From positions 13,981 through 77,980 of the forward strand of contig JAJYHV010000065.1 in NCBI GenBank assembly GCA_021790515.1: a stretch of DNA of 64,000 nucleotides, given 5' to 3'. Shown piece after piece: positions 32,750 to 43,038 of the stretch. The notes below the pieces were generated by a model, which saw nothing but the letters and a program-made list of their open reading frames with translations, was not told the origin of the DNA and did not search any database. Position 1 is the first letter of the stretch. Every line of letters starts with the position of its first letter. A program made the translations under genes and the position numbers. Origin of the DNA: Pseudomonadota bacterium (lineage in GTDB: Bacteria; Pseudomonadota; Gammaproteobacteria; Burkholderiales; Sulfuriferulaceae).

Positions 32750-33613
32750 CCGCTGCGCCTGCCGCGGTATCCGTGCTTCATTCCATTCCAGTCTGGCTTG
32801 TGCCCAAAACTCTGTCACGCTGCCACAAGATACCAATCGCCGTTGTCCCAGATAAAACCATGCCTGCTGCAAATCCGTTAGCGCGGCGGTTGGCGTCAGC
32901 GCTGGTGCTTGATCGCGCTTGGACAGTTTGCGCCCGTCTGCCTGTAACAATAAAGGCACGTGAGCGTAGGTGACATCGACATACCCGAGCAACGCTTGCA
33001 AATACCGTTGCGACGGGGTGGCCGCCAGCAAATCGGCGCCTCGCACCACGTCTGTCACGCCCTGTGCCGCATCATCCACCACCACGGCCAATGGATAAGC
33101 AAACAGCCCATCGGCCCGACGCAAAATGAGATCCGCCGCGCCAGGCGCCTCTTGCCAATAACAATCCCCCTGAATACGATCAAAAAACCGTACGACGATC
33201 TTCTCTGCGCGCAAACGCCAGGCATACGTCTCTTGCAAGGGTAGTCCGCGTTCACGACACACGCCCGTATACCTTCCGCCACCAATCCGGGTGGCACGCC
33301 GACAGTCACAAGCATACAAGAGATTCTGCCGTCGCAGGCTGTCCAGAGCTGCGCGATAGGCTTCATTCCGCGTTGACTGGTACAGTATGTCACCATCCCA
33401 TTCAAATCCCAACGCGTCCAGTTGGCGCAAAATCATGTCGGCATGGTGCGCGTGTGAACGGGTAATATCGATGTCTTCCATGCGCACCAGCCATTTTCCA
33501 TGCCGTGTACGCGCAGACAGGTAGCTGGCCATGGCCGCCAGCAATGAACCTTGGTGCAATGGGCCGGTAGGTGATGGTGCAAAACGACCAATAACAGGTC
33601 TTGCAGCAGACAT
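32735..33613 (-). CDS. gluQ: Glutamyl-Q tRNA(Asp) synthetase
   Basis: GRFAPSPTGPLHQGS, VRMEDID, YPLAVVVDD, VRGADLL, KLSK; short, lacks the anticodon domain. Confidence 0.92.
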   Translation of the reverse strand: MSAARPVIGRFAPSPTGPLHQGSLLAAMASYLSARTRHGKWLVRMEDIDITRSHAHHADMILRQLDALGFEWDGDILYQSTRNEAYRAALDSLRRQNLLYACDCRRATRIGGGRYTGVCRERGLPLQETYAWRLRAEKIVVRFFDRIQGDCYWQEAPGAADLILRRADGLFAYPLAVVVDDAAQGVTDVVRGADLLAATPSQRYLQALLGYVDVTYAHVPLLLQADGRKLSKRDQAPALTPTAALTDLQQAWFYLGQRRLVSCGSVTEFWAQARLEWNEARIPRQAQRLRKC

Positions 33614-34773
33614 TATTGTGCAGCATCTCCCAAGATCTGTTGATAAAATGCCACCATCTGTTTCGCCATCTGCGGTGCCGACCACGCCAACGCGTGCAAT
33701 TTCGCCTCTTCACCAAGACGTGTCCGCAATGGTTCATCTTGCAACAATCCGTGCACCATGTCGGCAAAAGCAACCGGGTCGTTCTGTGCAATCCGGCAAC
33801 CTCGCTCCCCGGCCAGGATATCACAGGTACCCATGGCGGCAATTGCCACGACGGGCACACCCAATGCCATCGCCTCCAGCAACACCAACCCTTGCGTTTC
33901 CGTGCGCGAAGCAAAAACAAACAAATCTCCCGCACAATAACAGGCCGGCAATTCGCTAGAGCGTTCCAGATATCCGACAAACAGCACATTGTCCACCAGA
34001 TTCAATGCCTGCGTCATTCGGCGCAGCCGTTTCTCTGCGGGGCCTTCCCCGGCAATAATGAGCAAAATATCCGGCACATTGTGCCGCAACTGCGACAACA
34101 TCAACAACAAAAAATCAATATTCTTCTCGAACGCCACTCGCCCGACATACACCAGTACAGGCCGGTTTTCCGCAATGCCATGCTGCCGGCGAAAATCTCG
34201 CGCGTCACAATGATCGAAATCCGACAGTTCAATACCGGTCGGAATAACCCGTCCCGTGGTTCGCACGCCGTAACGATGCAAGGTTTGATCCATGGCGGAC
34301 GAGGGCAAAATCAAGCCATCGAGACTGGCGCACTGCTGACGCGAAAAATACCGGGCCATGTAACGTAACAAGGGTTTAGGTAACAGCGGAATATAATGGT
34401 ACAAATATTCTTCAAAAAAAGTATGGTATGTCTCCACACAAGGAATATGACGCGCGCGCGCAAACGCAATGCCGGTATAATGCGCAATGAATGGCGTATG
34501 AATATGAACCAGATCGAAATGCCGATGGGCGAGTTGCGTGGTGACTTCTCGTAGCGCAACTGACTTCATCAAGCGATCTTCCGGATCAAACAGCACCGAT
34601 CGACCGGACACGCGCAAGATGTCGGCTTCGGCCGCTTCCTGCTGACCGTATGCAGGAGCTACCAGTGTTACCTGATGTCCCAAGGACAACAACTCTCGCT
34701 TCAAGGTCATGATGGACGTTGAAACGCCATTCACGCGCGGAAAATATACGTCAGACAACATCAGGATGTTCAT
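33613..34773 (-). CDS. GT4 glycosyltransferase (diacylglycerol glycosyltransferase-like)
   Basis: YFPRVNGVSTSI, HIHTPF, GRVAFEKN, SRTETQGLVLLEAMA. Confidence 0.88.
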   Translation of the reverse strand: MNILMLSDVYFPRVNGVSTSIMTLKRELLSLGHQVTLVAPAYGQQEAAEADILRVSGRSVLFDPEDRLMKSVALREVTTQLAHRHFDLVHIHTPFIAHYTGIAFARARHIPCVETYHTFFEEYLYHYIPLLPKPLLRYMARYFSRQQCASLDGLILPSSAMDQTLHRYGVRTTGRVIPTGIELSDFDHCDARDFRRQHGIAENRPVLVYVGRVAFEKNIDFLLLMLSQLRHNVPDILLIIAGEGPAEKRLRRMTQALNLVDNVLFVGYLERSSELPACYCAGDLFVFASRTETQGLVLLEAMALGVPVVAIAAMGTCDILAGERGCRIAQNDPVAFADMVHGLLQDEPLRTRLGEEAKLHALAWSAPQMAKQMVAFYQQILGDAAQ

Positions 34774-34960
34774 GCCGATTCCGGTTAAAAAGTTTTATTG
34801 TCGCCCGTTTGTAACAAATCAACATGACTAACAGATGACAAGCCAACAAAAAAAGCAATTTTTCTGCCTCAAGTTGCTGTCCTGACGTAATTCAAATGCC
34901 AACCAGACTCGATTCATGGCGAGAATTAATCCGTACTTCCTTGACAAGGATCTCTTAAAC

Positions 34961-34984
34961 GATAATGAATATTGTTATATTATC
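34961..34984. promoter_or_regulatory. AT-rich dyad / Fur-box-like site upstream of the CbbR-like gene
   Basis: GATAAT-N12-ATTATC; 34961-34979 matches 14/19 of GATAATGATAATCATTATC; TTGACA at 34941. Confidence 0.4.
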
Positions 34985-35022
34985 ATTCTGTCCCTCGCGG
35001 TCTCCCCTATGAAAGTTGCCCC

Positions 35023-35919
35023 ATGCTACACCTCACTTTACGTCAATTGCAGGTTTTCGCCATGGTAGCACAGCAATCGAGCTTTTCCCGCGCAGCAAGG
35101 GAATTACACCTGTCGCAACCGGCGGTTTCCATGCAAGTTCGCCTATTGGAAGATAGCGTAGGACTTCCGTTGTTCGAACAATTGGGCAAAAAGATTTTTC
35201 TGACCGATGCCGGACGGGAAATGTATACCTGCAGCCAGTCCATCCAAGAACAATTACGCACCACAACAGCCCTGCTTGAACAAATGAAAGGCTTGAAGCA
35301 GGGCGATCTCAAGATTGCTGTGGCATCAACCGCCAACTACGTCGCAACGCAGTTATTGGCCAATTTCTGTCAACAACATCCTCAAGTCATCGTTCACCTG
35401 AACGTTTGTAACCGGGCAGAACTACTGGACTTGCTGGAACACAATCAGATTGACCTGGCCGTCATGGGCTTTCCCCCTCAAGGCCACGATCTGGATGCAA
35501 CATCCTTCATGGAAAACCCGCTGGTTATCATTGCGCCGCCAACGCACGCGCTGGCAGGACAACAGCAAATTAATGTCCTCCGCCTGACAGAAGAAATCCT
35601 GATCCTGCGCGAAGCCGGTTCCGGCACGCGCAGCGCCACAGAACGCTTTTTACAAAATCACGCCGTCAGTCCACGTGGCGGCCTGGTCATGAACACCAAT
35701 GAAGCCATCAAACAAGCAGTTCAGGCCAATATGGGTCTGGCCGTGGTTTCCCTTCACACCGTCAAGCTGGAATTACAGGCCGGCTTACTGGTAATGCTTG
35801 ACGTGCAGGGCTTTCCCCTGCAACGACACTGGTTTGTTGTGCACCGGACACAAAAGCGGTTATCTCCCGTCGCACAATCGTTCAAAACATTTTTGATACA
35901 GGCCGGCCAGAATAACTAA
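35023..35919 (+). CDS. CbbR/CmpR-like LysR regulator
   Basis: LTLRQLQVF, QPAVSMQV, LREAGSGTR, NEAIKQAVQANMG, SLHT, KRLSP resemble CbbR. Confidence 0.85.
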   Translation: MLHLTLRQLQVFAMVAQQSSFSRAARELHLSQPAVSMQVRLLEDSVGLPLFEQLGKKIFLTDAGREMYTCSQSIQEQLRTTTALLEQMKGLKQGDLKIAVASTANYVATQLLANFCQQHPQVIVHLNVCNRAELLDLLEHNQIDLAVMGFPPQGHDLDATSFMENPLVIIAPPTHALAGQQQINVLRLTEEILILREAGSGTRSATERFLQNHAVSPRGGLVMNTNEAIKQAVQANMGLAVVSLHTVKLELQAGLLVMLDVQGFPLQRHWFVVHRTQKRLSPVAQSFKTFLIQAGQNN

Positions 35920-35932
35920 CGGCGCCAAAATT

Positions 35933-36577
35933 TCAACCGTGCCGCTTGTGCCGAACCATGGCAATCAGGTCATCTAACGTATGGAACAAGCTGTCTTCGC
36001 CACCCGTCAAGCCTTCAGACGTCACATAACGACCATCCACCACAAAGGATGGCACCCCCTTGATCTGTGCCTCTTTTGTCAATTGGGCTGCCCGGGCAAC
36101 CTCGCTTTGCACGCCAAAAGAATTGAACATGTCAGCAAACCGTTGCTGATTCATGCCCATTTTCTTTGCCCAATTGAAAATACTGATTTCGGATTGTAAG
36201 TTCAAACCATCCAGATGTACGGCATTAAAAAAATCGTCATGATATTGATCGGCCACACCCATTGCCCGCAAGGTATACCAAACTTTTGCTGACACCGCCC
36301 ACGTATTATTGAGTATCGCCGGAATACGCCGGAAAGCCACATCTTTAGGCAATGTTTTCAGCCAGGCATTCAATCCGGGTTCCACTGCAAAACAATGTGG
36401 GCAGCCATACCAGAAAAACTCGGTAACCTCGATTTTTTTTCCACTGTCCGTATTGATTGGGGTATCCAGCTGCGTGTAATCGCGGCCAGGCTGCATGGCC
36501 CGCGCCGCAAGCCACGGTGCGGATAATAGTCCAATGACACAAAATTTCAGAAATCGTCTACGCATACGTATCTCCAA
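35933..36577 (-). CDS. dsbA: DsbA thiol:disulfide oxidoreductase
   Basis: EFFWYGCPHCF, GVPSFVVDG; start may be a few codons later (MRRRF). Confidence 0.93.
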   Translation of the reverse strand: MEIRMRRRFLKFCVIGLLSAPWLAARAMQPGRDYTQLDTPINTDSGKKIEVTEFFWYGCPHCFAVEPGLNAWLKTLPKDVAFRRIPAILNNTWAVSAKVWYTLRAMGVADQYHDDFFNAVHLDGLNLQSEISIFNWAKKMGMNQQRFADMFNSFGVQSEVARAAQLTKEAQIKGVPSFVVDGRYVTSEGLTGGEDSLFHTLDDLIAMVRHKRHG

Positions 36578-36586
36578 TCCAATGTT

Positions 36587-37234
36587 TTATTGTGAAGTGC
36601 CGCTTTTCATGTTGCTTTTCGTATTGCCTTCGATGGTCGTCGACGCAATATTGTTCTGCGCCAATTGCGCTTGCGCGCCAGCGACCTGATCTGCCGTATA
36701 TGGCCCCAATCTTACCCGGTACCAGATGCCTTTTTCTGCTCGATCTACCGTTTGAATCGATGCCTCCATTCCCATCAAGGCCAGTTTTGCTTTCAAGTCA
36801 TCCGCCTGCTGCGGGTCGGGAAAGGCCCCTACCTGTAGCCATATCTGTTGCGGGGTCGGGGATGGCGAAGGGGTATTGGCCGCTGGCGGCACATTCATGC
36901 TGTTACCGGCTGTCATGTTGGCGTCTTTACCCGGCAGTATATGATAAAAATCATAATGGGCATCGGTCGGTGGAAGAGAGTGCGTGGCAGGATCAATCAC
37001 GCCTGTGCCTTTGCTGTTCGTTCCGTTGGCGGTGGCATTGCCGGTCGCGGGATTTGCCGCTTGCGAAGCAGAAACCTCTGTGCGCTCTGTAAACGGATTA
37101 TTACGCCCCACCCAGACAGCAACGGCAGCGGCCCCGGCCAAACCGGTCAGCAGACCAATCAATATCCCGAACCAGATACCGCCTGATTTACGTGGCTCTC
37201 GCGCGCGTTGATTTGTATTTTTGCCTTGTGCCAT
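36587..37234 (-). CDS. SPOR-domain (FtsN-like) cell-division protein
   Basis: N-terminal TM, YDFYHILPG, LQVGAF, WYRVRLGPY; located between argS and dsbA. Confidence 0.85.
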   Translation of the reverse strand: MAQGKNTNQRAREPRKSGGIWFGILIGLLTGLAGAAAVAVWVGRNNPFTERTEVSASQAANPATGNATANGTNSKGTGVIDPATHSLPPTDAHYDFYHILPGKDANMTAGNSMNVPPAANTPSPSPTPQQIWLQVGAFPDPQQADDLKAKLALMGMEASIQTVDRAEKGIWYRVRLGPYTADQVAGAQAQLAQNNIASTTIEGNTKSNMKSGTSQ

Positions 37235-37245
37235 AATGATGACCC

Positions 37246-39000
37246 CTATAAATAGGTTGGGCAAGAAATACCCAACAATGTCAATCCATTGGCCAATACC
37301 GTGCGCGTTGCCAGAATCATTGCCAATCGCGCTTCGCGCAGGAGCGCGTCCTCCAACAGGAACTGCTCGGCGTTGTAACAGGCATGAAAAGCTGCCGCGA
37401 CTTCTTTCAGCGCGTAAGCAACCAGGTGTGGCGCCAGTTCGCGTGCGGCGGCCGATACCGTTTGTGGATAGTCCGCCAGCGTTTTGAGCAGGTTGATTTC
37501 GTGTTCGGAACTTAACAATCCGGCCTCTGCATTCAACAACAACGCTGTGTCCCCCCCCCACTGGTCCAGCACACTACAAATGCGAGCATGCGCATACTGG
37601 ATATAATACACTGGGTTATCATTACTTTGTGATTTAGCCAAATCCAGATCAAAATCCAGATGCTGATCGGATTTGCGCAGGACATAAAAAAAGCGCGCTG
37701 CATCGTTGCCGACTTCTGCGCGCAATTCACGCAAGGTGACAAACTCTCCGGAGCGAGTCGACATGGCGGCTTTTTGTCCGTTCCGATACAGCACGGCAAA
37801 CTGAACCAAAGCAACCGTCAATCGTTCTGCATCACACCCGATGGCTTTGAGCGCCCCTTTCACGCGTGGGATATACCCGTGATGATCAGCGCCCCAGACA
37901 TCTATCAATCGATCGAACCCGCGTTCCAGTTTGTATAAGTGATAGGCGATATCCGAAGCAAAATAAGTAAACAAACCGTTTTCTCGCTGCACCACACGAT
38001 CTTTTTCATCACCGAAATGCGTAGAACGGAACCAGATTGCCCCGTCCTGTGAATACAAATGACCTTGTTCATCCAGCATATTCAGCGTACGTTGCACCAA
38101 CCCCGAATCAAACAAGGTCTGTTCAGAAAACCACTGATCAAACTGTACGCCAAACTCAGCCAAATCCTGTCGACAGTCTGCCAATTGCTCATTAAGTGCA
38201 AATTGGTGGAAATAAACATAATCGACAGCCAGCAACTCTTTTGCGCTGCCAATCAATGCGTCCAGATGCGCATCCGCATCCGTGTGTGCGGATAACGAAA
38301 CTGGCATAAAGTTCGCCGGATCATGCCAATACTGTCTGGCGTGCTGCGCATAAATTGCCTCGGCCATCTCGCGCACATACGTTCCCTGATAAGCGTTGGG
38401 CGGAAAATCGATGCGTTCACCACAACACTCCAGGTAACGCAGCCAGGTCGACAAGGCTAAAATGTCCATCTGTCGTCCGGCATCATTGACGTAATATTCT
38501 CGCCATACCCGATAACCATTCGCATCCAGAATGTTGGCAAGGCTGGCGCCATACGCTGCCCCGCGACCGTGACCGACGTGCAAGGGTCCCGTTGGGTTGG
38601 CGGAAACAAATTCCACCAGAATCGACTGTTCCTTTCCACTCGAATTTTTGCCATATTCCTGTTTTTGTTGCAGGATGACAGGCACCAGTTGCGGCCAGAT
38701 TTGCGCGTGCAGATAAAAATTGATAAACCCGGCTCCGGCCACTTCGGTTTTGGCAACCCAGGATGATGCCGGCATGGCTTGTAAAATACGCTCGGCCAAC
38801 TCGCGCGGCGGTTTACGCAAGGCTTTTGCCAGTTTCAGGGCGATGTTGCTGGCATAGTCTCCATGCGTGGCCTCGCGGGGTTTTTCCAGTTCGATAACGT
38901 CCTGATATAACCCTGTTTCCTGAATGGCCTGTTGTATCAAACCAGTCAAATGTTCAATTACTTCATTTACAGAGAAAGTCACTATGGCATCCTTATACAA
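37246..39000 (-). CDS. argS: Arginine-tRNA ligase
   Basis: HGDYASN, AGAGFINF, EFVSANPTGPLHVGHGR, MSTRSG, YYIQYAHARI; start uncertain. Confidence 0.97.
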   Translation of the reverse strand: MYKDAIVTFSVNEVIEHLTGLIQQAIQETGLYQDVIELEKPREATHGDYASNIALKLAKALRKPPRELAERILQAMPASSWVAKTEVAGAGFINFYLHAQIWPQLVPVILQQKQEYGKNSSGKEQSILVEFVSANPTGPLHVGHGRGAAYGASLANILDANGYRVWREYYVNDAGRQMDILALSTWLRYLECCGERIDFPPNAYQGTYVREMAEAIYAQHARQYWHDPANFMPVSLSAHTDADAHLDALIGSAKELLAVDYVYFHQFALNEQLADCRQDLAEFGVQFDQWFSEQTLFDSGLVQRTLNMLDEQGHLYSQDGAIWFRSTHFGDEKDRVVQRENGLFTYFASDIAYHLYKLERGFDRLIDVWGADHHGYIPRVKGALKAIGCDAERLTVALVQFAVLYRNGQKAAMSTRSGEFVTLRELRAEVGNDAARFFYVLRKSDQHLDFDLDLAKSQSNDNPVYYIQYAHARICSVLDQWGGDTALLLNAEAGLLSSEHEINLLKTLADYPQTVSAAARELAPHLVAYALKEVAAAFHACYNAEQFLLEDALLREARLAMILATRTVLANGLTLLGISCPTYL

Positions 39001-39047
39001 GTATCGGCTATTATATCTCGTCCTTTACCGAACGGGTTACCGGAAGC

Positions 39048-41213
39048 CTATAACTGCAAGGGGTCAACATCGAGGTGCCAATGTACGCCCCGTTTAGGCA
39101 ACGCATAAATTTGTTGTGCCCATTGCCGTAAAAATTCCTGCAGCTTTTTTCGATGCGATGACTGTACCAATAGCAGCGCCCGTTCGCGCCCAGCCTTGCG
39201 CGGCATGTTGTCCGGGATCGGATCGAATGACAGGATGGCATCCGGACAACGGTATACATTTTTGGCTTGTTGCAAAAAATCCAGCGCCCGGTCCATGGTT
39301 GGCGCATCCGCACGCAATACGGCCTGATACACAAAGGGAGGAAATCCCGCCTGCTTTCGTTCTGACAGCAAAATTTCCGCGTAACCTGCATAATCATGCC
39401 GTTGTAATGCCTGATACAAAGGGTGTTGCGGAAATCGGGTCTGAATAATGACCTGCCCAGCCTGCTGCGCACGGCCTGCCCGTCCGCCAACTTGCATGAT
39501 CTGGGCAAACAAGCGTTCCGATACACGGAAATCCGTACTATACAAGGCATCATCCGCGCCAACGACAGCAACCAATGTCAAATTGGGGAAATCATGCCCT
39601 TTCCCAATCATCTGTGTTCCAACCAGAATATCTACATTACCTGTTTGAATGGCATCTTGCATGCTTTGCCAGTTTTGCTCACCCTGCGCGGTATCCTGAT
39701 CAATCCGTAATACGCGAGCAGCAGGAAATCGTTGCCGCAAGTATTGTTCCAACCGTTGCGTTCCAAATCCCCCGGGATGCAAATCCAGATTGCCACATTC
39801 CGGACAGGCTGATTTCATCTTCTCCTGATAACCGCAATGGTGACAACGCAAGGTATTGTTCGACACGTGCATTACCAGTCGGACGCTGCAACGATGGCAT
39901 TGCGCGGCCCACCCACACTCATGGCAATACAAGGCAGGAGCATATCCTCGCCGGTTGACATAAATCAAACTTTGTTGTTTTATATCAAGTCGCTGCTGAA
40001 TTGCGGCTTCCATTTCCAACGCAAGGCCGGACGGTGTTTTATGCACGCGCGTATCCAGTAACTGTACGGAAGGCAACGTTGCTTTTCGTGCGCGATGCAA
40101 TAAAGGTAAATAATGATAGCGCCCGATTTTTGCGTTATACCAACTTTCCAGGGCCGGCGTTGCCGAAGCCAAAACAATGGGACAGTTTTTTCGTTGTGCC
40201 CGAACTATCGCCACATCACGCGCGGCATAACGCAATCCGTCCTGTTGGAAATAGGCACTGTCATGTTCTTCATCGACAATGATGAGACCAAGATCGGGTA
40301 ATGGTGTAAAAATAGCCATGCGTGTGCCAATAATGACCGACACACCACCAGCGCTGGCTTGTTGCCAATCGTAAATCCTTTGTCCTGCCGGACGATCGCT
40401 ATGCAGAACGACCAATTGATGTGCGGCAAAATAGCGTCGTAACCGGGTTTCCATTTGCGTGGCAAGACGAATTTCTGGTACCAGGATCAATATTTGTTTC
40501 GGTTGAAAATGTTGCACCAAATGCGCAAAAATCTCGGTTTTTCCACTACCGGTGACCCCGTGCAGTAAAAACGGGCTGAATGTTCCTTCCGTGTGCTGAA
40601 TGGCCGCATAAACCTGTTGTTGCGCGGTATTCAATGCCAGCAAAGGTTGCAAGGCCGGTGATGATGGCGCTTTGGTTTGTTCGGTTTGTATCCAGCGCTG
40701 TTCCAACCAGCGTTTTATGATTTTTTTTTCCTGTATATTACAGTCCGAGGACAATACCGCACCTGTTTTCAATTTTATCCACAAGGCTTGTTGTACGCGT
40801 GCTTGCGTTGGCAAGCTACCTGCTTGTTGCAAGCCCTGTTCCGTCAGAATATACTGCTCTGCTTTTTTCTGCGCCGATTTGCGGCGATTTAACTGTCTGA
40901 ATGTTGCCGGCAGGGCGGTAAATAGCGTGGCTCCCATTGGATAATGATAATATTGACTGCAAAATTCGATTAGTTGCATGATTTCAAAAGACAAAATTGG
41001 TTCGACATCCAGGCATGCCGCGATTTCTTTCAGGCGCTCGGCTTCGGCTTCTGAACAGGATTCCACTGTCAGCACGATTCCCAGTTTTTCTCGCGTTCCA
41101 AAAGGCACGCGAACACGAATACCCGGTTGAACCAACTGGTCGTTTTTTATACGATAACTGAATGCTTGCGGAATAGGTAAATCAAGTACGATATTGGCAA
41201 TGGTCGTCGTCAT
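39048..41213 (-). CDS. priA: Primosomal protein N'
   Basis: GVTGSGKTE, DEEHD, SATP, four CxxC zinc motifs, Q-x2-GRAGR. Confidence 0.96.
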   Translation of the reverse strand: MTTTIANIVLDLPIPQAFSYRIKNDQLVQPGIRVRVPFGTREKLGIVLTVESCSEAEAERLKEIAACLDVEPILSFEIMQLIEFCSQYYHYPMGATLFTALPATFRQLNRRKSAQKKAEQYILTEQGLQQAGSLPTQARVQQALWIKLKTGAVLSSDCNIQEKKIIKRWLEQRWIQTEQTKAPSSPALQPLLALNTAQQQVYAAIQHTEGTFSPFLLHGVTGSGKTEIFAHLVQHFQPKQILILVPEIRLATQMETRLRRYFAAHQLVVLHSDRPAGQRIYDWQQASAGGVSVIIGTRMAIFTPLPDLGLIIVDEEHDSAYFQQDGLRYAARDVAIVRAQRKNCPIVLASATPALESWYNAKIGRYHYLPLLHRARKATLPSVQLLDTRVHKTPSGLALEMEAAIQQRLDIKQQSLIYVNRRGYAPALYCHECGWAAQCHRCSVRLVMHVSNNTLRCHHCGYQEKMKSACPECGNLDLHPGGFGTQRLEQYLRQRFPAARVLRIDQDTAQGEQNWQSMQDAIQTGNVDILVGTQMIGKGHDFPNLTLVAVVGADDALYSTDFRVSERLFAQIMQVGGRAGRAQQAGQVIIQTRFPQHPLYQALQRHDYAGYAEILLSERKQAGFPPFVYQAVLRADAPTMDRALDFLQQAKNVYRCPDAILSFDPIPDNMPRKAGRERALLLVQSSHRKKLQEFLRQWAQQIYALPKRGVHWHLDVDPLQL

Positions 41214-41294
41214 TGTATGTTTGTCAGTACGTTTGTCACGAAATCTTAAAATATTGTTCATAAATCTGACGCGCCGTTTTGCCAAAATGGTGGC

Positions 41295-42512
41295 ATGAAC
41301 GATGAAATTCTACTACAGGTTTTTCCTTCCCGATCCCAATCATTGCGCATAGCTTTGGTAACGGAGACCTATCCGCCCGAAATCAATGGTGTGGCCATGA
41401 CGTTGGGGCGGCAGGTTGACGAATTACAGCGTCGTGGGCATCAAATCCAGCTGATTCGACCTAAACAAGGGGTTTTTGATGTCGCGGTATCCAATCCACA
41501 TTTGGAAGAAGTTTTAAAGCCTGGTGTTCCCATTCCACGTTATGCCGGTTTGAAGCTCGGCTTGCCGGCAAAAGCAGCTTTGGTCAAACTTTGGCGATTC
41601 AAGCGGCCGGATCTTGTTCACATTGCCACTGAAGGTCCGCTTGGCTGGTCAGCGCTTTCGGCCGCACAAAAGCTTCGTTTACCCGTCAGTACGGATTTTC
41701 ATACCAATTTTCATAGTTACAGCCGTCACTATGGCGCAGGATGGTTACGTCGCCCCATTCTGGCGTATTTACGCAAATTTCACAACAAGGCCTGTGTGAC
41801 GCTGGTTCCTACCAATGCCATTCGTGAAGAATTGCAAGAACATGGCTACCGTAATCTGGAGGTGGTCGCGCGCGGAGTAGATACCGAACTTTTTCACCCC
41901 GATCGTCGTGATGCACACCTTCGTGCTTCGTGGGGAGTTTTGGATGATACCCCTGTCGTACTATATGTTGGTCGCTTGGCTGCCGAAAAAAACCTGCCGC
42001 TGGTTTTTTCTGCGTTCAATGCGATGCGCCAGGAAAATCAACGGGTAAAGCTGGTTTTGGTCGGTGACGGACCAGAGTTGCCCACACTAAAAACCCGTTA
42101 TCCGGATGCCATTTTTTGCGGTTTGCGCCGAGACGAAGACCTCGCTCGCCACTATGCCTCAGCTGACATTTTTTTATTCCCCAGCCTCACCGAGACTTTT
42201 GGTAACGTTACCACCGAAGCCATGGCAAGCGGTCTGGCAGTGGTTGCTTATAATTACGCGGCAGCTGAAGCTTTAATTCGGCATCGCATCAATGGTTTGG
42301 TCGCTGCACCACAAGATAGTACTGCTTTCGTTCGCGAAGCTGTATCATTGGTCACCGACCCATCACAAATCAAGGGTATCGGAAGGAACGCTTTTCAAAC
42401 AGCATTGTCTATTTCATGGCCTGAAGTGCATGATCGGTTTGAACGTGTTCTACAGGCGCTCGTCGAAAAGGAATCCAACCATGGAGAAATTGAGTTGGCA
42501 ATGGGTAGCTGA
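41295..42512 (+). CDS. GT4 glycosyltransferase
   Basis: TETYPPEINGVA, HIATEGPLG, VGRLAAEKN, SLTETFGNVTTEAMASG. Confidence 0.88.
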   Translation: MNDEILLQVFPSRSQSLRIALVTETYPPEINGVAMTLGRQVDELQRRGHQIQLIRPKQGVFDVAVSNPHLEEVLKPGVPIPRYAGLKLGLPAKAALVKLWRFKRPDLVHIATEGPLGWSALSAAQKLRLPVSTDFHTNFHSYSRHYGAGWLRRPILAYLRKFHNKACVTLVPTNAIREELQEHGYRNLEVVARGVDTELFHPDRRDAHLRASWGVLDDTPVVLYVGRLAAEKNLPLVFSAFNAMRQENQRVKLVLVGDGPELPTLKTRYPDAIFCGLRRDEDLARHYASADIFLFPSLTETFGNVTTEAMASGLAVVAYNYAAAEALIRHRINGLVAAPQDSTAFVREAVSLVTDPSQIKGIGRNAFQTALSISWPEVHDRFERVLQALVEKESNHGEIELAMGS

Positions 42513-43038
42513 ACACGAAGCAGGGGTGACGCGTCGATTGAATCGCGCGGGCAGGTTTCCTGTTTTGTTGTATTTGTTTCGTTACATTAGCCGCCTGGGT
42601 AATGGAATATTCTGGTACGTATTGATGATGGTCATGCTTGCCGTTCAAGGTAATCGTGCGTGGCCAATTGTCTTGCAAATGATCTTTGCCGGGTTGTTTG
42701 GAACGGCCATTTATGTCTGGCTCAAAAAGAAAACAATTCGTCCTCGCCCGCATTGTCAATTTGGCAGCATCCATTGTCTGTTAGCGCCTCTTGACCGTTT
42801 CAGCTTTCCGTCTGGGCATACTTTGCATGCGACAGCTTTTACTTTGGTCGCCATCGTTTATTACCCGTTGCTTGCCTGGTTATTGCTGCCCTTTACCTTG
42901 TTGGTTGCTCTCTCGCGTATGGTATTGGGATTACATTATTTAACTGATGTTTTGGCTGGATTTCTCCTTGGTTCAATCGTTGCCGGAATTTCATTTCTTT
43001 TGCTGGATGTTTTATCAAATTACGGATTAGTGGGTTAA
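42481..43038 (+). CDS. PAP2-family phosphatase
   Basis: K-x4-RPRP, SFPSGH, SRMVLGLHYLTDV. Confidence 0.9.
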   Translation: MEKLSWQWVAEHEAGVTRRLNRAGRFPVLLYLFRYISRLGNGIFWYVLMMVMLAVQGNRAWPIVLQMIFAGLFGTAIYVWLKKKTIRPRPHCQFGSIHCLLAPLDRFSFPSGHTLHATAFTLVAIVYYPLLAWLLLPFTLLVALSRMVLGLHYLTDVLAGFLLGSIVAGISFLLLDVLSNYGLVG

